The position numbers and the translations under genes were made by a program. This document shows, piece by piece, positions 1-17,464 of a DNA stretch of 64,000 nt (position 1 is its first letter; each line of letters starts with the position of its first letter). The notes beneath the pieces are model-generated. The model was not told the origin of the DNA. It was given only the letters and a program-made list of their open reading frames with translations, and did not search any database. The DNA is from Scenedesmus sp. PABB004 (Eukaryota): contig JABVCE010000003.1 of assembly GCA_014905635.1 (NCBI GenBank), positions 1,054,001 to 1,118,000 of the forward strand. The letters run 5' to 3'.

Positions 1-286
1 ATCCGGCTGGAGTTTTAGGTCGGCGGCCGCTGAGCGGGCGCCCCGCGTCCGGGGGACGGCGGGGCGCAACGTGTGCCGGCGATTGAGGCGAGCGGCTGGG
101 GACGAGGCGGCAGCGGCACTGGGGGCTGAAAAAAGCGGCAAGCACTGTTACCGTGTGCCTCTGGCATGCCCTGAGTCACGGCAACCTGTAACAGCAGAGA
201 CCTCTTGCTCGACGCTCGACGCCACCGGCTTGCTCGGGCAGCGGCGCCCTGCCAGCCGGCATGGGTTCACGGACCGCCGCCGCCGC

Positions 287-888
287 TCATGACCCCGCCG
301 GCGCCAGCTGCTGTGGGCGTTGCAGGGCCTGCTCCGGCGGCCGTGGCTGCTGGCCCTGTTGCTGCTGCTGCTGCTCTCGCTGCTCCCGCTGCTGCTGCAG
401 CTGGCGCTCCAGCTGCTCAAACGCGCCGAGCGACGCCTCGACCATGCTTGCGCCCTTCTTGGCCGGCGGCGCGCCGGCAGCGGGCTGCGCCGCGCGCGGC
501 GGTGGCGGCAGCGGCGGCGTGTGAGGGGGCGCGGGAATCCGGGAGCGCTGCCAGCGCGGGCGCCGCGTCCGCGGCGCGCAGCGCGCGCGGCGCGCACCCC
601 GCCACCGTGTCGCGCTGCCCAGTCCTGGTGCGCGCGCAGGTCGGCGCGGTAGACCTCCCACACGCAGTGCTCGCAGCCGCTCTGGCAGCAGTCCTCGGGC
701 CCCGGCTCAACAGGGCAGGCTGGCGGCGCGGCGCCGCTGCTGCCGCCGCTGCTGCCACTGGCGCCGCGCACGGCAGCTGTTGGGGCGGCCGCTGCTGCTG
801 CCGGGTGCCACGCGCGTCCCGCGCCGGCAGGCGTCAGGCCGCCCCAGCAACGTGCGGCGCGCCTGATCAGGGCGGCGCACGCGGGCAT
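287..888 (-). CDS. Oxidoreductase-like domain protein (OXLD1 / Oxidored-like family), 2 exons (888-598, 484-287)
   Basis: Motif PVEPGPEDCCQSGCEHCVWEVY; Arg/Ala-rich N-terminal presequence; phase-0 GT-AG intron 597-485; C-terminal SLGAFEQLERQL; TGA at 289-287. Confidence 0.8.
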
Positions 889-1226
889 GCGCGCCGCCGC
901 GTGGTCGCCGGCGCCGCGCGCGACGTCGCTGCCTGCGCTGGGCGACCACGTCGGGAGCAGGCCTCCACTGTGCGCCAGCGGCGGCGGTGCGCTGCGGGGC
1001 CTGGGCGGCGCTAGGGCTGCGGCGCTGGCCGCAGCGCGGCGCGGGCTTTGCGCGCTGCGCAGGGCCGTGTGTGCAGTGAACATGGCAGGGCAGCCAGCCC
1101 TGGCCAGAAATGGTAAAAAGGCCTGAACCCCGCCGCCGCCGCCGCTGCGCCGCTGCCGTCCGCCGCCGCAGCGCACGCCGCCCAGACCCTGTCCGCCCTC
1201 CCGCACGTGAAGAGCAAGCAGCGCGC

Positions 1227-2309
1227 ATGACGGATGACGCGCCAGCGCACGCGGCGGCCGACACGCCGACGGCAGCGGCGGCAGCAGCGGCGGGCAAATA
1301 CGCGCCGCCCGGCAGCGCAGCAGAGGGCTCCGAGGAGCTGGACAGCGACTGCGTGCGGGACATAGAGGTCACCGACGACCGCACGCTGGTGCGCGCTGGG
1401 GCGGCGGCAGCGCCGCGCGGCGCGGGCGCCGTCGCCCGACGGCGCGTCGCGCCGCCTGCGCCACGCAATGCAGCGCATCGCCGAGCGGCATGCGTTTGAG
1501 AACGACGCCGGCTGCGTGTGCTGGGACGCGGGGCTGGTGCTGGCGCACTATTTGGTCAAGGCGGTGGCCGAGCTCGGGTCGATGAGCCTCGCTGACAAGT
1601 CTATCGTCGAGCTCGGCTCCGGCACGGGTGGGCACCCAGCAGCAGCGGCAGAGCTGCCCGCGAGAGGGCGCCGCCGGCACCAACGCTGCCACGCCGCCTG
1701 CCGCCGCCGCTAGGAGTGGTGGGCCTGACCGCGGCAGCGCTCGGTGCGCGGCGCGTGCTGCTGACGGACCTGCCTCACGTGCTGCCGCAGCTGCGGGGCA
1801 ACATCAAGCGCAACGGGCTGCAGGGCGTGGCTGAAGCGGCCGCGCTCGAGTGGGGCCAGCCGCTGCCGCCGCCGCTCGCGGGCGTGCCGCCGCCCGACCT
1901 CGTGCTGGCCAGCGACGTGGTTTACTCCGAGGCCGCCGTGCCGGCGCTGCTGACCAGCCTGCGCGCGCTCATGGGCGCCGGCACGGTGGCGCTGGTGGCG
2001 TGCGAGATGCGCGAGGCGGGCGGCGACGGCGGCGGCGGCGGCGAGGGCGGCGACGCCGACGCCGACGCGCCGCCCGCGCTCGCGCCGGCGCTGGCGCTGC
2101 TGCACGAGCTCCTGCCGCGCGCCGGCCTGCGCGAGAGCCTGGTCCCCTTTACCGAGTTGCACGAGGACTGGCGCAGCCCGGACATCCTCATCTGGCGCAT
2201 CGTCGCGTCGCAGCAGCCGCCGCAGCCCCCTGGCGCCGAGGGCGGCCGCGAGCGCGCGGCGCAGCAGCCGCCGCAGCCGCCGGAGCCGGCGCCGCCGGCG
2301 CCGCCGTGA
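1227..2309 (+). CDS. Protein-lysine N-methyltransferase, METTL21/VCPKMT-like (Methyltransf_16), 3 exons
   Basis: Motifs GCVCWDAGLVLAHYL, IVELGSGTGVVGL, VLLTDLP, ALEWG, DLVLASDVVY; introns 1389-1473 and 1628-1713. Confidence 0.88.
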
Positions 2310-2533
2310 CGCGACGCGCGGCGTGAGTTGCTCAGGGGTTGAGCCAGGTGCCGGTGACTCGGTGCCGCGGTGATGCCCTTTTGAACCGCTCGGGGTGCAG
2401 CGCAGCGGCACAGCGCGACGCCGCCCCCGCCTGCCGCGCGGCCCCCCCGCGGCGCGCCGCCCGGCGCCTCCGCACACGAGCAGACCGGGCCCGCCGCAGC
2501 ACGCCCCCCCCTGCCTGGAGGGCGCCCGCGTTG

Positions 2534-9232
<6,699 letters not shown>

Positions 9233-9589
9233 CGGGAGCGGCGGCCACCGCCGCGCACCGCGACGGCGGCGGCGCGCGGCGCGTGAGGCGGCGCGCGGCT
9301 TGCGGCGCGGCGCCTGCGCGGGCTGGCGTGTCCGGCGTGGCGCCGCGGCGTGCTGCCGGAGGCGGGCGCGCGCGCGCGCGGGCGCGCGGCGCCGCTCTCT
9401 TCTTTGCGCGATGGGGGCGCCGCTGTGCAGCGGCATGCCCTGACACGGGCCCGGACCGCGGCCGCCGGTGTGCTGCACGGACGCGGCGGCGCTCTCCCAA
9501 CTTGCAGTTGACGCCAGCGCAGGGCGCCTGGCGCGCGCGCCGCCGCCGGCGGCGGGGCGCGGCGGCGGCAGCGACGGCGCCGCGCCGCC

Positions 9590-9594
9590 TGTAA
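9590..9594 (+). terminator. TGTAA polyadenylation signal of UBA1
   Basis: TGTAA is the established chlorophyte poly(A) signal; about 360 nt after the UBA1 stop. Confidence 0.65.
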
Positions 9595-9815
9595 GACCCC
9601 GTCGCCCTCCCTCTTCTTTCATTCCCCTCCCCCTCCGCCCGATCGCGCCGCCGCCGTGCTGGCCAGCACACAGACGACCCCCCGTGCCATTGTGGTCAAC
9701 GAAAGCCCCGCACACGCGCGGCACACATAGACAGTTCGATTTATTGCTGGCGGGAAGCTGGGAATGCAGGCAGAGCCCGCACGTGCGCCAGGGCGGGTCA
9801 GGCCCGGCAGTCCGG

Positions 9816-12800
9816 TCAGGCCACGCCCATGTCGTACACCTGGCGGCGGCCAGCGCGCAGCGCGGCCGCGTGAGCGGCCCCGCGGCGGCCCAGCCAGAGC
9901 GCTGCGCGCAGTGCGTGCTGCGCGTGGTGCGTGCTGCGCGTGGTGCGTGCTGCGCGCTGTGCGTGCTCCGCGCACCTCGAGCGCGGCCAGGATGGCGTTG
10001 TCCAGGCCCACCGTCAGCGCGACGGTCATCGTGGCGCTGCCGGCGCCCTGCGTGACGTTGTACTCACGCCGCGCGGCCACAAACTTGGCCCCCGCCAGCG
10101 CGTACGGGTCCACGCCCGTATCCACGGCCTGGCCGTTGACGGCGACGTTGACGCGGCGGCTGCCGGCGCTGGTCCACCAGACCTCGCTGAACGTCAGCCG
10201 CACGCGGTACGCGCGGCCGGGCGTGGCGGGGACGGCGTAAGAGAACGCGCCGCCAAAGCGGACCGTGCACGCGAGGCACGCGAGGGTCGTCGTGGTCGCA
10301 CAGCCGGCGCAGGCAGGCGTGCTGGGCGACACCCAGTTCTCGGCGACGCCGCCCGTGCCGGCGGGCGAGGTGGCGGTGTCGGCGGCCATGCCACACAGCG
10401 CCGGCCCGCCGGCGTTGATGCGCACCACGGTCGCGACCGCGCCGGCGGGCGCCGCGGGCGGGCTGCAGGTGGTGTTGCCGGCCGGCGCGGGCGAGGGCGT
10501 GGGCGCCGGCGCCGGCGAGGTGCCGGCAGGGGGCGTGTAGACCTCGCCAGGCTGCAGCGCGCGCTTCTCACAGATGTACTGCTTGTTGACCCTGCGGGGG
10601 GCAGGCGCGCAGGAGACGAGGTGTGGGGGCGGTGTGGGGGCGGCAGGCGCTGGGCAAGCCAGCCAGGGCGCCGGAGCGCGGCCGGGTGTGCTTCGCTGCA
10701 GCACGCACGCGCAGGAGAAGGCGTTCCAGGTCTTGGGCTGCTGGGGCAGGTACTCCATGCACGAGTCGGTGGGCGACGTGTAGTTGAAGCCCGCGGTGCC
10801 GTCAAAGTTCCAGCGCATGTAGTCAGTCGCCAGCAGCGGGCTGCCGTCGGCCCAGCGCCAGGTGCCGTCAAACGCGGGCGAGCTGGTGGCGGCCTTGAAC
10901 AGACCGGTGTACGACTCGCCAAAGAAGCTGTGCCGTGCCGCGCCGCGGCGGCGGCAGAGCTCAGCTCAGCACAGCGCGCTGCGACGCTGGCGCGGCACAG
11001 CGCTCACGCGGTGCAGTGCTGGCACGCGGCGCAGTGCTGGCGCGGCGCAGCGGCTCACCCGGTCCACAGCAGGTTGAGGCGCACCCACTCGTCCTCAGCC
11101 GCAGAGGTGATCTTGATGAGGGTGGAGTTGTCGTGGCGGTCCTGCAGCAGGGCAGGAGCAGCAGGGCAGGAGCAGCGCAGGCGTGGGCGAGCGCCGGCTG
11201 CAGTGGCTGCAGCGGCAGCAGCTCCCGCTGCGGCGGCTGCGGCATCCGCGCGGCGCGCGCACCCTGCAGCGCGTGGTGGCGTCGCTCTGGCTGCCCGCGA
11301 TGGTCTTGGCAAAGGAAGACTTGAAGTAGCACGAGTCGGTGGTGGGGTTGTAGAGCCAGGACGGCAGGCTCATGTCGCCGCCCGGCGGCACCGTGTAGGG
11401 GCAGCGCGTGTTGTTGACGACGGAGGCCAGCGGCACGACGAGCACGGGCGAGCCGTACACTGCCTCATAGTACGTCTGCGGCCGGCGGCGCAGGTCAGCG
11501 CACCGCAGGCTGCAGCAGGCGTCGGCGGCGGCGCGCGCGCTGCCGTGCGCGCCGCGCCTGCACGCAGGCCGGGCAGTCGACGAGCTCGGTGGGCTGCAGC
11601 CAGCCCGCCACCGCGGTGCGGCTCCAGCGGCACGTGCGGCAGCAAGACTGGCCGCCTGGGAAGGAGTAGACCGCCCAGGAGCCGCCCGTGGTGACGCAGG
11701 TGGAGTCATAGTAGGCACCAAACCCGCGCAGCACCTCCGCGTCAGAGAGCTGCGCAGCGGGGCGGCGGCGGGCGGCGCGGCGGCAGTAGCTCAGCGCGCG
11801 CGCGCGCGTGCAGGCCGTGGCGTGGGTGAGGCGTCGCGCGGCGGGGCGTCTCACCATGGCGGGGCAGGGAGCGTTCTGGGGCGGCTGCGGCGTGGAACAC
11901 GCGGCCGGGAGGCCCGGCACGGTCGGCAGCGGTGACGGCGAGGGCAGCGGAGTGGGGCTGGGCGTCGCCACCGGCGCGGGCGAGGGCACCGTTGGCGCAG
12001 GGCTGGTGACGGGCTGGGGGCTGGGGCTTGGCAGCGCAGGGCCGGGGCTGGGCACGGCCGCCACGCCCATGTCGTACACCTGGCGGCGGCCAGCGCGCAG
12101 CGCGGCCGCGTGAGCGGCCCCGCGGCGGCCCAGCCAGAGCGCTGCGCGCAGTGCGTGCTGCGCGTGGTGCGTGCTGCGCGTGGTGCGTGCTGCGCGCGGT
12201 GCGTGCTCCGCGCACCTCGAGCGCGGCCAGGATGGCGTTGTCCAGGCCCACCGTCAGCGCGACGGTCATCGTGGCGCTGCCGGCGCCCTGCGTGACGTTG
12301 TACTCGCGCCGCGCGGCCACAAACTTGGCCCCCGCCAGCGCGTACGGGTCCACGCCCGTGTCCACGGCCTGGCCGTTGACGGCGACGTTGACGCGGCGGC
12401 TGCCGGCGCTGGTCCACCAGACCTCGCTGAACGTCAGCCGCACGCGGTACGCGCGGCCGGGCGTGGCGGGGACGGCGTAAGAGAACGCGCCGCCAAAGCG
12501 GACCGTGCACGCGAGGCACGCGAGGGTCGTCGTGGTCGCGCAGCCGGCGCAGGCAGGCGTGCTGGGCGACACCCAGTTCTCGGCGACGCCGCCCGTGCCG
12601 GCGGGCGAGGTGGCGGTGTCGGCGGCCATGCCACACAGCGCCGGCCCGCCGGCGTTGATGCGCACCACGGTCGCGACCGCGCCGGCGGGCGCCGCGGGCG
12701 GGCTGCAGGTGGTGTTGCCGGCCGGCGCGGGCGAGGGCGTGGGCGCCGGCGCCGGCGAGGTGCCGGCAGGGGGCGTGTAGACCTCGCCAGGCTGCAGCGC

Positions 12801-14317
12801 GCGCTTCTCACAGATGTACTGCTTGTTGACCCTGCGGGGGGCAGGCGCGCAGGAGACGAGGTGTGGGGGCGGTGTGGGGGCGGCAGGCGCTGGGCAAGCC
12901 AGCCAGGGCGCCGGAGCGCGGCCGGGTGTGCTTCGCTGCAGCACGCACGCGCAGGAGAAGGCGTTCCAGGTCTTGGGCTGCTGGGGCAGGTACTCCATGC
13001 ACGAGTCGGTGGGCGACGTGTAGTTGAAGCCCGCGGTGCCGTCAAAGTTCCAGCGCATGTAGTCAGTCGCCAGCAGCGGGCTGCCGTCGGCCCAGCGCCA
13101 GGTGCCGTCAAACGCGGGCGAGCTGGTGGCGGCCTTGAACAGACCGGTGTACGACTCGCCAAAGAAGCTGTGCCGTGCCGCGCCGCGGCGGCGGCAGAGC
13201 TCAGCTCAGCACAGCGCGCTGCGACGCTGGCGCGGCACAGCGCTCACGCGGTGCAGTGCTGGCACGCGGCGCAGTGCTGGCGCGGCGCAGCGGCTCACCC
13301 GGTCCACAGCAGGTTGAGGCGCACCCACTCGTCCTCAGCCGCAGAGGTGATCTTGATGAGGGTGGAGTTGTCGTGGCGGTCCTGCAGCAGGGCAGGAGCA
13401 GCAGGGCAGGAGCAGCGCAGGCGTGGGCGAGCGCCGGCTGCAGTGGCTGCAGCGGCAGCAGCTCCCGCTGCGGCGGCTGCGGCATCCGCGCGGCGCGCGC
13501 ACCCTGCAGCGCGTGGTGGCGTCGCTCTGGCTGCCCGCGATGGTCTTGGCAAAGGAAGACTTGAAGTAGCACGAGTCGGTGGTGGGGTTGTAGAGCCAGG
13601 ACGGCAGGCTCATGTCGCCGCCCGGCGGCACCGTGTAGGGGCAGCGCGTGTTGTTGACGACGGAGGCCAGCGGCACGACGAGCACGGGCGAGCCGTACAC
13701 TGCCTCATAGTACGTCTGCGGCCGGCGGCGCAGGTCAGCGCACCGCAGGCTGCAGCAGGCGTCGGCGGCGGCGCGCGCGCTGCCGTGCGCGCCGCGCCTG
13801 CACGCAGGCCGGGCAGTCGACGAGCTCGGTGGGCTGCAGCCAGCCCGCCACCGCGGTGCGGCTCCAGCGGCACGTGCGGCAGCAAGACTGGCCGCCTGGG
13901 AAGGAGTAGACCGCCCAGGAGCCGCCCGTGGTGACGCAGGCGGAGTCATAGTAGGCACCAAACCCGCGCAGCACCTCCGCGTCAGAGAGCTGCGCAGCGG
14001 GGCGGCGGCGGGCGGCGCGGCGGCAGTAGCTCAGCGCGCGCGCGCGCGTGCAGGCCGTGGCGTGGGTGAGGCGTCGCGCGGCGGGGCGTCTCACCATGGC
14101 GGGGCAGGGAGCGTTCTGGGGCGGCTGCAGCGTCGAGCACGGGGGGTCTGCGCGCGGGCGGCGCCGGCGCTGCTGCTCTCGCCGCGCGCTGCGCCCAGGC
14201 CATGGGCGCTGTGCTCGTAGCCACCCAGGCTCCCGCGCGCGCACCCGTGAGCTGGGCCAGGGCCGTGGAGACGGCCACACAGAGCAGCATCGCCCGAGCG
14301 GCGCGGCGGGCGACCAT
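9816..14317 (-). CDS. Secreted multi-lectin: signal peptide + 2 x [Cys-rich segment - C-type lectin domain - Pro linker - malectin domain] joined by a (Ser/Thr-Pro)-rich linker
   Basis: N-term MVARRAARAMLLCVAVSTALAQ; CTLD motifs WLYNPTTDSCYF..ATTRC..STLIKITSAAEDEWV..YTGL..WRWADGS..WNAFSC..KQYICEK; malectin motifs VVRINAGG, FSYAVP..YRVRLTFSEVWW..GSRRVNVAVNG..VDPYALAG..NAILAALEV; second module ends VYDMGVA-TGA at 9816. Confidence 0.85.
9820..14128. repeat. Direct tandem duplication, period 2240 bp (9820-11888 vs 12060-14128)
   Basis: Line-by-line identity including introns; only about 5 substitutions seen (e.g. 9958/12198, 10066/12306, 10120/12360, 10300/12540, 11701/13941). Confidence 0.97.
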
Positions 14318-14514
14318 GGCGGTCGACGGACCCTGACTGCGATGCGAGGCGTCGGAGGCGACGCGGGAAGGTGTGCGAGAGCGGCGAGCGGGCGGGCGGG
14401 TGGTCAGGCGCGGCGCGGCGCGCGGGGCGGCGGCAGGACGTAGCGGCGCGACTGCTGCTGCTCAGCGCCGCTGCGAGGCGCGCTTTGGGCGCGCGAGGCG
14501 CCTCATGGGGCGAG

Positions 14515-14519
14515 TTACA
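14515..14519 (-). terminator. TGTAA polyadenylation signal (small coiled-coil gene)
   Basis: ttaca on + strand about 330 nt downstream of stop at 14843. Confidence 0.55.
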
Positions 14520-14842
14520 GCGCAATTCTTGCGGCTGAGGCGCGCGCGCGCCTGCGGAGACGCGTCTGCGAGGCGAGCGCTGTGGCGCTGCTGAGCGAGG
14601 CGCCCTGGCGCGCGTGGTCGCTGGCGGGACGCCCGGCGTGGCAGGGAGGCCCCGGGACGCAGGGAGGCGCACATGGCCGGCGGCAGCGGCGGCGCGGCGC
14701 CGAACCAAACCGCCGCTGCCCTGCGGCGAGCTACAGCCGTCGCTCGAACCGGCGGTCGGTCTGCTACAACAGCGCAGCGCCAATGCGGCGCCGTGCCGGG
14801 CGCTGCTGGCCGCGGCCGGCCGCCCCCGCGCGCCGCCTGAGC

Positions 14843-15466
14843 TCAGCTGCTCGGCGCGGCGCCGGCGCGCGCGGCGTCGGCGTCGCGCAGCGCGCGGGCT
14901 AGGTGGAGCACCCGGTAGTTGAGCTTGGCCACCTCCGCCGCCGCGACGGCCGCGGCCTTCATTGCCTGCGGGGCGCAGGGGGAGCAGGGCGGCGGCGCCG
15001 GCGCGGGGCTCGCGGGGCGCGGAGGGCGCAGGAGGCGCGGGGCTCGCGGGGCGCGGAGCGGCGGGGGGCGGCCGCTGCCGCCGGCCGTTGCCGCCGCCAG
15101 CTGCCGCCCACCGCTGCCGCCCGCCGCCGCCCGTTTCACGCCCACCTGGTCGCGCTCCGCGCGCAGCGCGTCGCCCTCCGCCTTGGCCTGCAGCAGCAGC
15201 CCCCGCAGCTCCTGCAGGTCCGACACCGTCGCCGCCGGCAGGCCGCCGGCGCCTGCCGCGCGGCCGCGCGCGCGGTGTGTGGGCCGCCGGCGGGCGCCCG
15301 GCGGCGGCGGCGCGCGTGCGCCGGTCGGCGACGATCGTGGCGGCACCGGTCGGCGGCAGCAGCGGCGGCGCGCACCCGCGGCGAGCTTGCCCTCGATCGC
15401 CGCCAGCCGCGCCTCCGCCGCCGCGGCCTGCGCGTTCAGCGCCGCCACGACGGCGCCCTGGTCCAT
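14843..15466 (-). CDS. Small coiled-coil protein of unknown function, 3 exons
   Basis: Spliced product MDQGAVVAALNAQAAAAEARLAAIEGKLAAG..VSDLQELRGLLLQAKAEGDALRAERDQ|AMKAAAVAAAEVAKLNYRVLHLARAL; heptad pattern; GT-AG introns; downstream TGTAA. Confidence 0.7.
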   Translation of the reverse strand: MDQGAVVAALNAQAAAAEARLAAIEGKLAAGARRRCCRRPVPPRSSPTGARAPPPPGARRRPTHRARGRAAGAGGLPAATVSDLQELRGLLLQAKAEGDALRAERDQVGVKRAAAGGSGGRQLAAATAGGSGRPPPLRAPRAPRLLRPPRPASPAPAPPPCSPCAPQAMKAAAVAAAEVAKLNYRVLHLARALRDADAARAGAAPSS

Positions 15467-16020
15467 GAGCCGCTGCGGGCTGCGGGCCGCGGGCCGCTCC
15501 TGGGGCGCTGCCGCCGCTGGCGGGCCGCTGCGGCCGGGCGGGTGGCGGTGAGGCCGCGCGTGCGCTGTCTATGCGGGCTGAGCCAGGGCGCCTGTGTGGG
15601 AGCGCGAAGTGGGCGCGGTGTGGCACCGGCGCAGCAGCTGTTCTGCCCTGGCAGAACAGCTGCTGCGGTTCGCAGGCATCGCGCGCTTCCTGGCCCTGCT
15701 CGCGCGCACCCAGTCCTGTGGCACGCGAACACGCGCGACCACGCGCCGCTGCGCTCGGGCGAGGCCCACACCGCGCTCGACCGGCCGCTCAGCATCTCGC
15801 CCGGCCCACGGTCGCCAATCCAGCTCCTCAACGAGCAGGAGCTGGTGCTCCCCTCGACACACACACGCATAAGCAGCCGGGGCTGCGTCGGCGCCGGCTG
15901 CGGCCCCCGTCTGGGCTGGAGGCAGCGCGGCGGGCGTTGGAGGAGCCCCTCCTCGGGCGCTCCAGCGCGCTGGCGCCCCCCTCGAGCCTGGCTGCCAACA
16001 GGACGCCCGGCCCTCCGGCC

Positions 16021-16974
16021 ATGCCGGCAGCGGCGGCGGCGGCGGCGCCGGGGGCCGCCGCGGTCGCCGCCGAGGGCGGCGGCAGCAGCGGACCGCCTGC
16101 CGCCCCCGCCGGCCCCGGGCCCCGTGGCGGCGCCGCGCCGCTGCCGTCGCTCCTGCGCCGCCTGCTGCCCTTTGCGCGCGGCGGTGGCGCGGCGGCCCGC
16201 GGCGCCGGCGCAGCAGCGGCCGCGGGCGCGGCCGCGGCGAAGCGCGCTGCGCTGGCCGCCGAGGAGCTGCGCGGCGACGCGCTCTGGCGCTTTGCGAGCG
16301 GCGCGGGCGCGGCACGCCCGCCGCTGCGCGGCGGCCGCCCGCGCGGCGTGCCGCCGGCCGAGGCCGCGGGCGCGCTAATGGCGTTCGTGAGCCTGGCCGC
16401 GGCGGCCGACGCGGCGGCGCGGCCGCACGCCGCCGCGCGGCGGCGGCCCGGCGCCGCGGCCGAGGCGGCGGCCGAGGCGGCCGGCGAGCTGCGCGCGCTG
16501 TACGCGCTGGCGCTCGCGCACGCCGCGGCGGCGACGGCGGCGCAGCAGGGGCAGCAGGGGCGGCAGCACGGCAGGCAGCGTCGCGCGTCGCTCGCAGACG
16601 GCGAGCTCGGCGCGCTGCTGGCGGCGTTCGCGTCGCTGGGCGGCGCCGAGCCGGACCCCGGCGCCGCGGCCCGGCTGGCGCGGCGGAGCCCTGCCGCGGC
16701 CGGCGGCGGCGGCGCGCAGGCGGAGACGGAGGCGCTGCAAGCGTTCGGGCAGCTGGCGCAGCTGGAGGAGCTGGGCCGGCGGGAGCAGCGGCCGGCGCGC
16801 GGCGCGGGGCAGCTGCAGGAGGCGGCGGCGGCAGCGGCCGCCGCCGCCAGCGCTGCAGCGCCGCGCGGCGCCGTCGACGGCGGCAAGCGCAGCGCAGGCA
16901 GCCAGAGCGGCGGCGACGCCGGCATCGGCAGCGGCCTGGGCGTGCTCGCGCAGCTGGCGCAGCTCGCAGCGTAG
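16021..16974 (+). CDS. Hypothetical Ala-rich helical protein, apparently intronless
   Basis: GCC-ATG context, coding-like codon usage (CTG/GAG/GCG), TAG at 16974, TGTAA at 17327-17331; no family recognised. Confidence 0.5.
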   Translation: MPAAAAAAAPGAAAVAAEGGGSSGPPAAPAGPGPRGGAAPLPSLLRRLLPFARGGGAAARGAGAAAAAGAAAAKRAALAAEELRGDALWRFASGAGAARPPLRGGRPRGVPPAEAAGALMAFVSLAAAADAAARPHAAARRRPGAAAEAAAEAAGELRALYALALAHAAAATAAQQGQQGRQHGRQRRASLADGELGALLAAFASLGGAEPDPGAAARLARRSPAAAGGGGAQAETEALQAFGQLAQLEELGRREQRPARGAGQLQEAAAAAAAAASAAAPRGAVDGGKRSAGSQSGGDAGIGSGLGVLAQLAQLAA

Positions 16975-17464
16975 CAGCGCGCGACCTGCCTCCCTCCTCT
17001 CTTCCACCCGGACCGCGCCAGGCGGCGCCCGTGACCAGTGACAGGGATGTATCAACACAACACCAACACACAGCAGCTGACAGCGGCAATCGGGCGGCGA
17101 CTCATCCTGTTCAGGCAGCCCATTTGCGCCGCCGGGGGCGCTCCCTCTCGCCCGCACTCGCACAGCTGCGAGTTGCGGGGCCCCGCAAGCCGGCGGGCGG
17201 CGCGGCCTGGGGGGCAGTTTTTCGCAGGACGGGTCCTGCAAGCGTTCAGGCAGCGATCGGTTTGGAGGCGCACGCGCGCGCACGGCTGGAGCTGTGCTCG
17301 TTCACGCGCGTGCTGCCCGAGCCTGTTGTAAATCAGCGCTGGTGCGCGCGTGAGGTTGCGGGCGCGCAGCAACGCAGTAACGAGGGCGTTTCCTTGACGC
17401 GCCCCACCCGCGCTCGGCCGCGGCGGCCGCGCCGCCCGCGCCGTCCGGGCGCAGCCCCGCGCGC

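Noticed and set aside
9820..14128. 2.07-kb direct repeats as LTRs of a retroelement
   Set aside because: The repeats are exon-intron modules of one lectin gene; no gag/RT/integrase, PBS or TG..CA termini
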